Part shown: positions 24,723 to 38,500 of the stretch, one piece after another | Layout of the letters: each line of letters opens with the position of its first letter | Position numbering within the stretch: the first letter of the stretch is position 1 | NCBI GenBank assembly: GCA_030704615.1 | Contig: CM060732.1 | Location: 11,904,001-11,968,000, forward strand | Length of the DNA stretch: 64,000 nucleotides | Direction of reading: 5' to 3' | Source of the DNA: Takakia lepidozioides | Lineage: Eukaryota; Plantae; Bryophyta | Position numbers and translations under genes: made by a program | The notes under the pieces: generated by a model | What the model saw: only the letters and a program-made list of their open reading frames with translations | Databases searched by the model: none | Told to the model about the DNA's origin: nothing

Positions 24723-27700
24723 ATGGGATGGGCGATTGCATTGCACGGGGGCGCCGGAGATATATCCCGGGACATGTCTGCAGCAAGGAAGGCAGCGACG
24801 GAGGCAGCCCTTCACCAATGCCTCGACATTGGCGTGTCTGCACTCGATTCCTCTCGCTCGGCTCTTGACGCGGTGGAGCTCGTTGTAAGCTTTCCTCCTT
24901 CATCAGTTTTCACAAAGAAGACGATTTGAAATTAATGAGTCTTGAAGCCCGAAGCTTGCTATCATTTTGCCATTTACCTCTTGGATTGTCTTAGAACTCC
25001 AATTGGGCTTTGGACAATTTTGAATCCGTTTAAATGCACTGTCGAAGTAGCAGTCGAATTCTTGGAGCTTCCGCAGTACAATGTTCAATGGATTCTGCTC
25101 GGATGTGAACTAAGGGAGGGGGGCCAGGCGCGGTAGAAACGATCGCTTTGAGCTGCCTTGCAAAGTTTCAATGCCTGCTCAACAGTCTTTATACATGCCT
25201 GCTGAATGAATGCCCTTTTTATATTTCCATGCATCTTAATCAAACAACAAATGTGTAATGTGCAGAACTGTTTATAAAAGACCCAACTGTCAGTCTACAC
25301 ACACGGATTATGTAACTTTTCTAAAGGAAGATTCTTGTTAAAATGAACGGTGCTAAGTACCTCATCCGATGACGCAACTTGTACTGAGGCTCTGGATAAT
25401 GAAGAATGACTAGGGCATGGGTGCAGGTGAGGGAGTTGGAGATGAACCCAGTATTCAATGCAGGGCGCGGTTCGGTGTTGACAGCAAGAGGTACTGTGGA
25501 GATGGAAGCTTGCATCATGGATGGGTCGACAAAGAATTGCGGGGCTGTCTCGGGTGTCTCCACTGTCATCCATCCGATATCTCTAGCGCGTCTGGTTATG
25601 GAGAAATCCCCTCATGTGTACCTTGGATTTGAGGGGGCGGAAGAGTTCGCCAGAGAGCAGGTGAGTCTGCTTAATTTTTGTCCTATTTAAATAATACATC
25701 AAGAGAGACTTTCCATTGTAGGTACAGATCACTTCCGATTACTTGAGCAAGCAGGTATCACTTTTCTTTATTGAGATATGTAACTTGAGGTCTAGGCTGT
25801 ATTGAAAACACTGACTTAGGACAGACTTGAGTTAGTCAAGAGATGCCAGAAGATCTTTACTCATAACTAAGTCACAGATCTAGCAAGCCTCATGCGATCT
25901 GCATGGAATTGAGATACAACTACCCTGCAAGGTGTGACACTAAATATGCAACGAGTATGCAACCCTCAACACCGAAGAATGATTAAGTAACGGCATACTA
26001 GAGGGAAAAGAAGAGATCGGTGCTTAGCGGAGATCGTGAGAGAGAGTGCTAACTAATGAGTAAGGCCGATCTGCAGTAGTTTGTTCAAGTACACACTAGC
26101 CACGGTAACTAGATACTTTCTACAGGCTGAACACTTAGCTGGGGAGGAGAGATTAGATCAATTGTGGATCTGCGTGCATGTTTTCCAGGGTTCACTGAAA
26201 ATGGAATATCAATCCGCACAATTAACGGCCAAATTGTTCAGGGGGTGAAAAGAACAGACCCCAGTCACTTCATCACACAAGAAAACCAGGAGCGATTGGA
26301 GCGTGCTCAGCAGCTCAAACTTGTCCAGGTGCAACTTAACTTTTGGTTCCATTGTCCAAGATAACATCTAGATTAAGGAGTAGCTCCGGACGTAGGTTAG
26401 CAATGGGGCTTTTCTCTATCTCTAGTCTGTGTCTCCCTCCTTCCCAGTCGATTCTGCTGCTCCCAGCTGTCACAACGTTAATTAAATATCTAGAGAATTT
26501 CTTTCTTTGTAGACCTCTTTAAGTCTCAGTCCCCATTAGCTACATGCACATCCCTGATAATCTGGCTGTAAGATGCTCCTTTGGACAGTCTTGAAAATGA
26601 ATTTAGATCGTTATATCCATGGCCTATATATATATATAAAACCCTTCGGATTTTTGCATCACTGGAGTACTGGATAAGGGAAATGAAATGGTACTTTAAA
26701 ACGAGCCAGAAGCAGCCCAAAAGCAACTACTGCCCAAGGGATTGCCTAAGGGTCAAAGAGAGGGAGAGAGCCTGGGGAGACATAATTGACAGTGATGAAA
26801 GATAACTCATGCACATGTGGCAGTTGGACTACACCGAACATCCTACCACAGAGGTAACTTACCAGAACACTCGGCTGCTGGGAGTAGCCCCAACTGCCAA
26901 CGGAAAAATTACAATACCAAGCATCCTACAAGCTGAGTTCGAGACTGTGGGGTGTGTGGCCGTTGATAGTCAAGGCAACTGCGCAGCAGCTACGTCCACG
27001 GGGGGTTTGGTGAACAAAATGGTTGGACGAATAGGTAATCGTGCGCCAATGCATTTTTATCTTTCTCTCTCGCATAGGTGTGCAGGAAGAGTTCAAAATG
27101 GTACATTGTTTTTCCATGATAGATCATGTAGCTTGCATGCAATGAATGTGAGGTTTGGCCCCCTCGGTCCCCCTCTCTTCATGGGCTTTGTTGGTTTCTT
27201 TCCTGAAGGCGGTTCTTCTGTTTTTTTACCCCCATCTGGAAGATCTGAATGGGATTTCCAAATCATGGGCCTTGTTGATATAGACTAGTTACGCATATTG
27301 AATTTTTTGCGGTACTAATTACTGTTATCGAGCAATTATCCAACAGTCTTTGGGATGTGATGATCTAGATCGTTTTCCATTGAGGAACTGATTACTGGTA
27401 AAATCCTTCAACTCTGACAATCAGCACCATTAAATAAACATCCATCATGCCGCTTATCTGAGCAGGTGACACTCCTCTAGTTGGTGCGGGGACATATGCA
27501 AATCAATTATGTGCTGTTTCAGCAACTGGAAGGGGGGAAGAGATCATCAAAGCCACAATTGGGAGGGGCGTTGCAGCAATCATGGAATATAGAAGCGTCC
27601 CACTGGCCAAGGCAGTTGACGAGGTCATAAACCACGGGTTGCCTAAGAACATGGGGGGCCTAGTGGCCATATCAGCTAATGGAGATGTGGCCATGGCTTT

Positions 27701-27770
27701 CAACACGACCGGGATGTTTCGAGCAAGTGTCAAGGAAGGTGGCCACAGAGAAGTCGGGATCTTGCATTGA
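24723..27770 (+). CDS. ASPGA: Isoaspartyl peptidase / L-asparaginase (Ntn hydrolase, ASPGA-type), 5 exons
   Basis: Exons 24723-24884, 25427-25660, 26242-26328, 26824-27034 and 27466-27770. Motifs [26 protein letters not shown], catalytic Thr in [22 protein letters not shown] and SATGRGE. Confidence 0.95.
26680..26758 (-). mobile_element. Very short 3' fragment of LINE family 2 in an asparaginase intron
   Basis: GAAATGAAATGGTACTTT and CAAAAGCAACTACTGCCCAAGGGATTGCCTAAGGGTCAAAG match 56021-56038 and 62719-62759. Confidence 0.7.
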
Positions 27771-27945
27771 TTTCGCAAAAGCTTTCGATTCAAGATTATC
27801 CACCATTGAAGACGTGCTGGTTTGGCCAAAGCCAGATGTTCTTATGGTTGACTCAGCTCTCTACTACCTGTCTAAGTGCTTAAAAAGTTTTTCTTCAGTA
27901 GTGAGTCGCTTCATGAAAATATCAGCACCCACTTATTCGAATACC

Positions 27946-30900
27946 TGACGAGGTAATTTGAGAGAGAGGACTCCAGCCTAAGCGGCGTAACTAAGAGCTC
28001 CTCACTCTCTCTAAATACATGCAATGATGTATGAGAGTAGATCCTGTGTAATTTGTTACATGGTATCGGAGCTAGATAAGAGGAAAAGATAGAGATGAAC
28101 ATTCTCTTTCTAATAAGAAAGATGATGGGCTCATTCTCTAATAGATTCAAAGAAAACATAGATATAATATTCTCATGTGGAATGTGTTCATTCTCTTATC
28201 TGTCCGAGTCCTTCATCAATATGATTGAGGATTAAGAGATATCAAAATAGAAGGGTAAGCAGTTCCACTTGGTTGTGGTACTAGCCTGATCCAACGATCA
28301 GTGCACACCATCAACCATAAGCACTGCTGGTCCGTGGTACTAATCTGATCTAACAATCAGAGTCTACCATGGCAAGAGTCTACCATGGCAACGGTACCTT
28401 CTGAGCATCGTTCTATAATGATTGAAAAATTAAATGGCACAAATTTCACAATTTGGAAAATGAAAATTGAAATTTTGTTGCTAAGAAATGATTTACTGAA
28501 TGTAGTAAAAGGTGTTGATCAAGACCCAGGGTCAGATGATCCTGACGAGCAGAAGGCCTGGCAACTTAAGAACGCTAGAGCCAAGTGTGACATCCTTCTG
28601 AACTGCGGAGACAGTCAGTTAGCGATGGTCAAAAATCTTGATACGGTCAATGAAGTTTGGGAATACTTCACGAGGCTTTATGAACATACTGATAGAGCCA
28701 CGCAATTAATGCTTAAGAAGAAATTCATGGGAATGGAAATGAAGGAAGGAGAACTTGTTAGAGAATTCTTGGAATCATTCCAAGGCATGTTAAACCACAT
28801 GGTTGCAGCCGGTTTGGAGATCTCAGATGATGAGGCTGTAATACAACTCCTATCGAGTTTGCCTCCTTCATGGCGGTCGTTTGTAACAACCGTGGGCAAC
28901 AACCCTGAACTGTCTTATCCAACGTTATGTGGAAGACTACAACAGGAAGAAGCCATGAATAGTAGTTCCTCGAGAAAAGGGAACGCGTCATCTTCAGCAT
29001 TTTACACAAGCCATCCAGGCAATAAAGACAAAAGGTGGAACAAAGGTAACTTTCAGAGTCAAAATGGATTCGGTCAAAAATCCAACAAGAGAAATCAAGA
29101 GGGAATTGGAAGCTCCTCTGATGTTCGAAATGACTCCAAAAAGAAAGAAATGACCTTGTTTCTATTGTCGTAAGAAGGGGCACATCGTTGCTGAATGCAG
29201 AATTAAAACAGCAGATAGAGCCAACGGGATATTTAAGTCTCAAGCTAATACGGCCAATTCTAGTGATTCATTTGGTATTCAATTGTTTACTGCTTGTTTG
29301 TCTATTGGCACCATTTTTAAAGATACATGGTATCTGGACTCTAGTGCTTCCCAGCATATGTCTCCTCACAGAGAGTGATTCAGTTCCTATAAACTTTTTT
29401 ATTCTCCCATACCAATATATCTGGGAGATGATAGCACTCAACAAGTTGTAGGACAGGGCATAGTAACAATCACTACATCAAGATTGAGAACCGAAGTACA
29501 AGACGTGCTTCTTGTACCAGGGCTGAAAAAGAATTTGTTGTCCGTTGGTAAATCGACTCAAGCTGGAACAAGCTTCGAGTTTACACTAGATAAGTGTAGC
29601 ATAAGAAGGGCAGGAAATCCGACTGCCATCACTTGTACATTGCAGGGTGCACTATACCCAGTTGGTGTTGGTGTTCCTGCATCAGAGTGTGGTCTCTCCG
29701 TACTAACAAAAGATGAAGATCAGGCTCTACTATGGCATCAGAGATTGGGTCACTTAAATTTGAAAACCATAAAAGACATGCAAAGTAAAGAAATGCTTAT
29801 CGGTTTAAGTGGACAACTAAGAGAATTGTCTGTATGCCAGAGTTGTATGGCAGGGAAGCAGCATCGCCAAGCATTTCCACAAGGTGGAGATACTCATGCA
29901 ATTGATGTACTCGAAATTATTCATTCAGACATATGCGGTCCCATGCAAACTCAAGCAATGGGAGGAGCAAGGTATTTTGCTATATTTATAGATGACAAAT
30001 CACGCTTCACAATAATTTACTTTCTAAAACATAAGAATGAAGTGTTTGATAAGTTCAAGATCTATAAAGCATATGCTGAAAAACAAACAGGAAAGAACAT
30101 CAAAGTTTTTCGATCAGACGGCGGTGGTGAATATGCATCGAATGAGTTTAATCAATTATGTGAACACCATGGGATTGTGCATCAATTCACTACTGCCTAT
30201 ACTCCACAACAAAATGGGGTTTCAGAAAAAAAAAAAAAAATAGAACCCTAGTTGAAAGTGCACGGTGTATGCTCAAGTTGGCAAAACTGCCAAAGACTTT
30301 TTGGGCAGAAGCAGTGGCTACTGCCTGCTATCTCCAAAATCGGTCTCTCACATCCTCAGTGTCAAATGCTACCCCATTTGAGGTGTGGCATGGTAGAAAA
30401 CCCGATTTAAGCATTTTGGGTGTCCAGCTCATGTTCATGTCCCGGATGAACTGAGAAAGAAGTGGGATTATAAAAGTTTCCCATGCATACTGATTGGGTA
30501 TGGAGAACAAGAAGAGATAAAGGCTTATAAAGTCTATGATAAAGAAACCAAAAAGATGTTTTTAAGCCGTGATGTCATCTTTGATGAAAAATCACTGGTT
30601 CGTGCTGAAGGGGGAGATATAATTCCTACCGTTACTCAATTCCCCAAGATACCCATAGATACTACCTCTGAATGTTCAAAGGAACATGAAGAAACGGAGT
30701 ATGAATATGATGAGACAATTGGTCTTGTCACACCTAATGTAGAACAATCAAGGCTGGCACAACAAGGTTCAACACCTGAAGGCCAGAACCTAGAAGTTTA
30801 GTCAACTGAAGGTGGTTATCCTCCTACGTCAAGTACAGAGGAGAATATTGGTATGTTGTTACCACATGATCCATTTGGACATGAGACAACAAGGTCCACG

Positions 30901-32517
30901 ATAGAAAAAAGAGAAATCGAATCAACATTATAAGTTGATCAACAAAATTTACGTAGGTCTACTCGGACAAGGACACCGTCCTTAAAATTAAAAGAGTCTC
31001 TCAGCAACGCTTATGCTTTTCTTACACAGACTGATGAGCCTTCCAAAATAGCAGAGGCTTTGTCTAGACCTAATGCAGATAAGTGGCAAGAGGCTCTTGA
31101 TTCTGAGTACGACTCTCTTATAAAGAACAGAACGTGGACTTTGGTAGATCCTCCAGTAAACAGATCTATTGTCAGCTGTAAGTGGGTCTTAAGAAAGAAG
31201 TACAATGTTGACAGTTTAATTGCTCGTTTCAAAGCAAGATTGGTAGCATGCGGATATTCTCAAACCGAAGGTATTGATTATCATGAGACATTATCTCCGG
31301 TGATAAGAATGACCTCTTTACGAACAATCTTCTCTTTAGCTGCTAACCTAGATCTGGAAATACACCAGATGGATGTTAAGACTGCGTTCTTAAATGGTTA
31401 TCTAAAAGAGGAGATTTATATGAAACAGTCTGAAGGCTATTGCAAAGCGGGAAAAGAAACTAAGGTTTGTAGGCTACTAAAAACACTTTATGGCCTCAAA
31501 CAATCCCCAAGGGCATGGTATGAGCGAATAGATTCTTATCTATTGAAAACTGGTTTTGCTAAAAATCCAGCAGATTCGAATGTCTATGTTAAACGCCATC
31601 AAGCTTCTTTTGTATTGTTAGGGTTGTATGTTGATGACTGCATCATTGCTGGAAACGATTTGAAGTTTCTAAAAGCAACAAAATTGGAGTTGTCAAGTGA
31701 GTTTGAAATGACAGATAATGGTCCTATTGAGTATTGTCTCGGCATACAAGTATCTAGAGATAGAAGAAAAAGAATAATTCATTTATCTCAAGAAAAGTAT
31801 ATACGAGAAGAAATTCAATATGGAATTATATAAAGCCATCTTTACACCAATAGAACCAGGAAGTAAGCTTTCCAAGTAAATGACTCCTGAAAGTAAATCT
31901 GAGCAAGAGGAGGTGGTAGATATTCCTTATTCGAGTGCTGTGGGCAATCTGATGTACATTATGGTGTGTACACGACCCGACCTTGCTTTCCCTGTAAGTC
32001 AAGTTTCACAATTTTATGGCAAATCCTGGAAAACAACATTGGCTTGCTATAAAGCGGCTTTTCAGGTATCTTCAAGCCACTATAACTTTTGGACTTAGAT
32101 ACGGGATTCAAGTTGAGACTTCACCAGCAAACACTATCCAAGGATGGTGTGAAGTTGATTGGGCAGCAGATGTAGACAATCGTCGTTCTGTCACAGGTTA
32201 TATATTTTGCATGAATGGAGGAGCAATATCGTGGCAAAGCAAGAAACAAGCCACTATAGCTCTCTCGAGTACCAAGGCAGAGTATATGGCTGCTGCACAT
32301 GCAACTAAGGAGGCAATATGGCTTAGGCAGTTAATTAGTGGACTTAGATTCCCAAGCTCAAAAGCTACGGTCTTATGTTGTGATAATCAGTCGTGTATAG
32401 CTTTAACAAAGAATCCTAGGTTTCACGATCGGTCAAAGCATATAGAACTTAGATATCATTTTATAAGAGAAAAAGTAGAAACTAGTCAGATAGAACTAGT
32501 TTATTGTAGTACTAATG
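27946..32517 (+). mobile_element. Ty1/copia LTR retrotransposon, decayed and 3'-truncated at the chromovirus insertion
   Basis: The LTR end ...TTACA (28060) is followed by PBS TGGTATCGGAGC (tRNA-iMet, 1 mismatch). Gag KLNGTNFTIWK, zinc knuckle CFYCRKKGHIVAEC, protease WYLDSSASQHM, integrase IHSDICGP/RSDGGGEY/TPQQNGVSE, RT QMDVKTAFLNG/LYVDD, RNase H RSKHIELRYHFIRE. Multiple frameshifts and stops. The LTR start position is uncertain. Confidence 0.95.
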
Positions 32518-35500
32518 TGTTGCGCACATCACTTCGGTAAGCTCCCCCTCAAGTCATAGTTACTCGCTTTGATGCGCGCGCCTGACTCCCAACCTGGCCG
32601 CCGGGCCAACTTGGAGCTTCGGCTGCTCACCGGGACATAACGGTCCCCCTTTGATCTCCCAAAGAACCCTCCACCGCTTTCGGCCCAGTGGGAATTCCCT
32701 TTGGTAGTTGGCAGTCCGGAACAGCTCCCCACTCTTTGGTCGCTTTCCGGCTCGCTCGCTTACTCACTAGTTTTTGGTCACCAACGGGCTTGCACCGTTC
32801 TCGGGGTTACTACTCCCCTTATATATACTTCTGTAGCTGTCCGCGGGGGTTTCACAACCAGCTATGCCATTTTATGGCGAACCACCACGAAAACCCTCGA
32901 CTCCCGGTGATGAGTCGCGGTGAGTCTTGGCCCACTCACCACGGCCCCTATGGACCGTGATGAGTCCCAAGACTCCCCACGACTCCCACCACGAGGTCTC
33001 CGCCCCCATGGTGAGTCCTATGCCACCCCCACTAAGTCCCGCTAAGCTACCACCACCCCTTGTGGAGCCACCCCCACCGCAACCCGGTGTGCGGGGCTCC
33101 ACCTAGTGAGCGCCTCCGCTTCCCTGAGTGCCTTGGGCACTCAAGGGTGCTTCGGCCCCCATATGTCGCGGCCCTTTGCCTTGAGGGCAGGGGGGTCGGG
33201 ACACAAGAGGGGCTGCCCCTGTGGTGGGGGCAGTAGCAGCGATAGGTATGGGGGCTGAAGCACCCTTGAGTGCCCAAGGCACTCAAGGAGGCGGAGGCGC
33301 TCACTAGGTGGAGCCCCGCACACCGGGTTGCGGTGGGGGTGGCTCCACAAGGGGTGGTGGTAGCTTAGCGGGACTTAGTGGGGGTGGCATAGGACTCACC
33401 GTGGGGTGGAGACCTCGAGGTGGGAGTCGTGGGGAGTCTTGGGACTCATCACGGTCCATTGGGGCCGCGGTGAGTGGGCCAAGACCCACCGCGAGTCACC
33501 ACCGGGAATCGAGGGTCTTCGTGGTGGTTCGCCATAAAATGGCATAGCTGGTTGTGAAACCCCCGCGGACAGCTACAGAAGTATATATAGGGAGTAGTAA
33601 CCCCGAGAACGGTGCAAGCCCGTTGGTGACCAAAAACTAGTGAGTAAGCGAGCGAGCCGGAAAGCGACCAGAGAGTGGGGAGCTGTTCCGGACTGCCAAC
33701 TACAAAAGGGAATTCCCGCTGGTTCCAAAGTGGTGGAGGGTTCTTTGGGAGAACAAAGGGGGACCGTTATGCCCCGGTGAGCAGCCGAAGCTCCAAGTTG
33801 GCCGGGCGGCCAGGTTGGGAGTCAGGCGCGCGCATCAAAGCGAATAACTATGACTTGAGGGGGGGGAGCTTACCGAAGGGAGGTGCGCGACACTTGGTAT
33901 CAGAGCTTAGAGTTCAGTACGCGATCGTCCTTGGGATTGGCCTCATCATGGGGTCGGGCAAGCCAAAGCGAAAGCGGAACGGCCCAAAAGATGATGATCC
34001 TGGTGAGCCCGATGGGGGCGACGTGTCACCGAGGCGGCCGTTTGAGGAAGCGATGAATGTTTCCGAAAACGAAGCCGCTCAAGAGCGGGAGGAATCCAAG
34101 GAGTCGGAGCCCAAGGAATCCTTGAGAGCTCCGACAAACCAAGAGATGCCTCCCATGCCGGCAGCCTTTTGGGAAGGGTTGTTGGCGCAGTTTGGCGGGA
34201 CGTTGAAAGACGTGTTGAAGGCGGCTAATGCCACTTCCACTAAGGCAAAGTTTAAGGTGAAGCCTAAGGAACCCGGCACCTTCGAGGGCGTTCGAAATCG
34301 GAAGGCACTCAACACCTGGCTCCTGAAGCTAGAGCAGTACTTCCGGGCGGCTAAGTTGAGTGACGAGGATCGGGTGGAAGTGGCTCCCACCTATTTGAGG
34401 GGCTATGCTCAACAATGGTGGCAGAAACGCCTTCACGACTGAGGCCCAAGCCCGGAAACCTTGAACTGGAGTGGGTTCAAGGAATTGATGAAGAGACAGT
34501 TTGTGCCCCTCAACGCATCCTGGCTTGCCCGGGACAAGATGAGGAATTTGAAGCAAACAGATGACATTCGGGGGTATGTCCAGGCTTTCAATGTGCTGTT
34601 GCTCGAAGTCGCGGACATGGCAGAACCAGAAATGGTCTTCAACTTTGTGGCGGGGCTGGCCCCATGGGCCAGGCGGAAGTTGGAGGAGAAGCCACCCAAG
34701 ACTTTGAACGAGGCAATTGAGAGGGCTGAATGTTTCTCGGATGTCCCTAGGGGTGAGAGACAAGGCCGTACGGAGCTGAACCACAAGAAGACCCGGCGGG
34801 AAGGTGACTCCTTCCGACCGGAAAAGAAGTGGGATAGGCCACGCGGCGACAATGGCACGTGGAAATCGAAGGGAGGGCCTTCACACGTCAAGGCGGCACC
34901 CGGTGCTTCGAAAGGAAAAGCGGGTGGAGCGGCTTATGGCGGACTGAAGGCAACATTTGATGGAGTGTGTTTCAATTGCGGGGAGCCCGGGCACATGGCC
35001 AAGAAGTGCACAAAACCTCGACAATCGAACATGACTCGGGCAACCACAGAGCTGTCGGAAGATACCATCAGTCGCTTGGTGGAAGCGGTGGTCGCCAGGA
35101 CTTGCAAGATAGGCAACTATTCTTGTGAGTTGTATCAGGAAACTGGCGCCCTGCGTAAAGGGAGTCAGTTATTGTTCGTGGATGGGATAATATCCGGAAC
35201 TAACGTGTCGTTGTTGGTGGACACAGGTGTGTCGCACTCCTTCATGACGCCGGCGGCGGCGCGAAAGTTGGGACTCCCGACAAGTGACATGGGGGCCTCT
35301 ATTGAGGTGCGCTCTGCCAAAGGAGAACCTCAGTTGGCGACAAGGTTGACGTTTGATGTTCCTCTTCAACTGGGGAGTTGGGAGGGACGTGAGAACTTCA
35401 CCATCTGCGAGATCGATGGAGTGGATCTCATTTTGGGGATGACCTTTTTGAGCAAATCCGGAGCGGTCATAGATGGCCGCAAGAGAGTAGTCACGCTGCC

Positions 35501-38500
35501 ATGTGGGAATGGTGGCGAGGTTTTATGAGTGTCGGAAACGCCCAAATCCGTGGGAGGGCGAATAAACCTTCTGTCAGCAAAGGAGTGGGCCGTGGAGGAG
35601 GCACACGAGTCCCAATTTTTGCTTTACATTAGAGAAGTGAAAGGAGAAGGCGATGGGGAGCCGAGCCCAGATGGATCAAGGGGATTTTGGAGAAATACGA
35701 GGATGTGATGCCGGAGGATTTACCAAGCGGCTTGCCACCGCGAAGAGGAGTTGACCACAAGATTGAGGTGATACCGGGATCGGAACCGCCTGCCAAGGCG
35801 CCCTACCGGTTGAGCCACAGGGAGTTGGTCGAGCTGAAGACTCAGCTCAAGGATCTAATGTCAAAGGGGTACATCCGGCCGAGTAAGTCACCTTATGGAG
35901 CCCCGGTGCTATTCGCAGACAAGAAGGATGGGACGCTGCGGATGTGTGTCGATTACAGGGCTTTGAATAAGGTGACTATTAAAAACCGGTACCCTTTGCC
36001 AAGGATCGACGACCTTTTCGACCGGTTGGCAGGAGCGAAGTATTTCAGCCAGATCGACTTGCGCTCCGGCTATCATCAAATTCGGGTGGCGGAAGGAGAT
36101 GAGGAGAAGACCGCGTGCAGGACAAGGTATGGTTCATATGAGTTCTTGGTGATGCCTTTTGGGCTCACTAATGCACCGGCGACCTTTAGCACGCTGATGA
36201 ACAGCCTTTTTCAGGAGTGGTTGGACGACTTTGTGATCGTGTACATCGACGACATCTTAGTGTACTCGAAAACAAAGGAGGAACACCTGGAGCACCTCAA
36301 AAGGGTGTTCCAAAAGTTGCGGGAAGGGAAACTGTACGCCAAAGCTTCAAAATGCGAATTCGGGGTCACCAAAGTGGAGTTCTTGGGGCATGTGATTACA
36401 CAGGATGGGATCAAAATGGATGACAGAAAGGTGAGGGCGATCTTGGACTGGGAGCCTTCGACTTCGGTCCCGGGAGTGCGATCCTTCCTAGGACTTGCCA
36501 ACTATTACCGGAAGTATGTGAGAAATTTCGCCAAGATCGCGGGGCCGCTGTCGGACCTTCTGTGTAAATCCAAAGTCTGGGTATGGAACACAGCTTTTGC
36601 TGAATTGAAGCAGCAGATGGCTGAGGCTCCAGTCTTGAAAATCCCGGAGTTCGATCGTTCATTTGAGATTCATACAGATACGTCGGACTTCGCGATTGGG
36701 GGTGTACTTATGCAAGATGAACGTCCAGTGGCTTATTAAAGTAAGAAACTGAATGAAGTTGGAGCGACGGTGGCCGACGCACGAAAAAGAGATGAAGGCG
36801 GTGGTGCACTGTCTTGAGCTTTGGCGCCACTATGTTGGTTCCAACCCAGTGAAGGTGTTCACGGACAATGTTACGGTGAAGTATTTTGCCACGCAGCCCA
36901 AGTTGTCCCCAAAACAACTTAGGTGACAAGATACTTTGGCGGTGTTTGACGTGGATATCCAGTACAAATCGGGATGAGACAACGTGGTGGCCGATGCTTT
37001 AAGTAGAAAGCAGCAGCTCTTGTTGGTGTACAAGGGCGAGACGGCGCTCCAAAGGAAGATCCGGAAGGCTTACCGGAAGGATGAGCTGGCGAAGTCCGTG
37101 ATGCAGGACTTGAGGATGGGGGTTAAATTGCAGTTCCACTTGCAAAATGGACTGCTCCGGTATAAGCAAAAACGTCTCTACGTGCCAAAGGGAGGGATCA
37201 GAGATAGCCTCTTGAGAGAATGCCATGATAGCCCGCTTGCGGGCCACGGCGGAGCCAAGCGCACTGCGGCACTCTTGAAGAAAGAGTATTTCTGGCCCAA
37301 ACTGAGGGAGGAGGCAGAGGAGTATGTCAAGACATGCACCACATGCCAACAAAACCGGAGCGAGTACAAAAAGCAAGCGGGGCTGTTACAACCCTTGCCG
37401 ATTCCAGAGGGGACTTGGGAAAGCGTCTCGATGGATTTCATGACTGCTATGCCGCTGTCAAAAGGATTCGATGCAATCATGGTGGTGGTGGATAGGTTCA
37501 GTAAAATGGGCCATTTCATCCCCACCAAGGAGACGGCAACGGCGCAGGAGACAGGGCGACTTTACTTCGCCCACGTCTTAAAGCATCATGGAGTCCCGAA
37601 GGATATTGTCTCGGATCGCGATCCAAAGTTTACGAGTAAATTTTGGAGGACACTTTGGAAGAAGATGGGGGCGAGGCTGAAGATGAGCACCGCCTTCCGA
37701 CCTACGACGGACGGCCAAACGGAAAGAGTGAATTCCGTAGTGAAGCAATTCTTGCGGAATTACGTGTCGGCAGACCAATCAGACTGGATGGAACACTTAG
37801 ACGCGGCAGAGTTCTGTTATAATAACACAGAACGCTCCGCAATGGGAGTTTCCCCTTTCGTATTGGTCTATGGAAAAGCACCTCTGGTGCCGACAAGTTG
37901 GGCCGCCCCGGACGTTGAGGAACCGGCAGTAGCGGCAGTACTGGAAGAACGCGAGCGTTTGTTGAAGCACGCAAAATACAACATTGCCAAAGCTAGGAAA
38001 TGGTATGAAAGGCAGGCGAATCGGAAGCGGAGGGAAGTGAAGTTTGAGGCAGACACGGAGGTCTGGTTGAACATCAAGAATTTCCGACTACCTCTGGAAG
38101 TGAGTCCGAAGTTCGTACCTCCGTATGCGGGACCCTTTCGCATTCGGAAGGTTATGAATGAGGATGTGTATGAATTGGAGCTGCCGGCAAACAGCAAGGT
38201 GCACCCAGTATTCCATGTCTACCTTTTGAAGCCTTACTTCAAAGATGAAGCGCGTCCGAATCGACATCAAGTGTTGCATCCGCCACCTATGCTATTGGAT
38301 CATGAAAATGAACCTGAGTACGAGGTGGAGGCAATACTTAAGTCGATGAGGTTCAAGAACCGAGAAATGGAGTATCTCGTCAAATGGAAGGGCTATCATC
38401 ATGTGGAGGCATCTTGGGTGCGTGCCTCAGAAATGGGAAACGCATCTGAGGCGGTTGCAGCTTTCGAATGGTGACCTCAAAAGCAGAAGAAACGTTGATG

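Noticed and set aside
32905-32975. GTGATGAGTC motifs in the LTR suggesting a retrozyme hammerhead
   Set aside because: They lack the CUGANGA core and a downstream GAAA with the required stems.
32529-33547. Many short ORFs in the LTRs (also at 39.2-40.4 and 45.2-46.6 kb)
   Set aside because: These are GC-rich LTR shadow ORFs, mostly with non-ATG starts and inconsistent lengths between copies.
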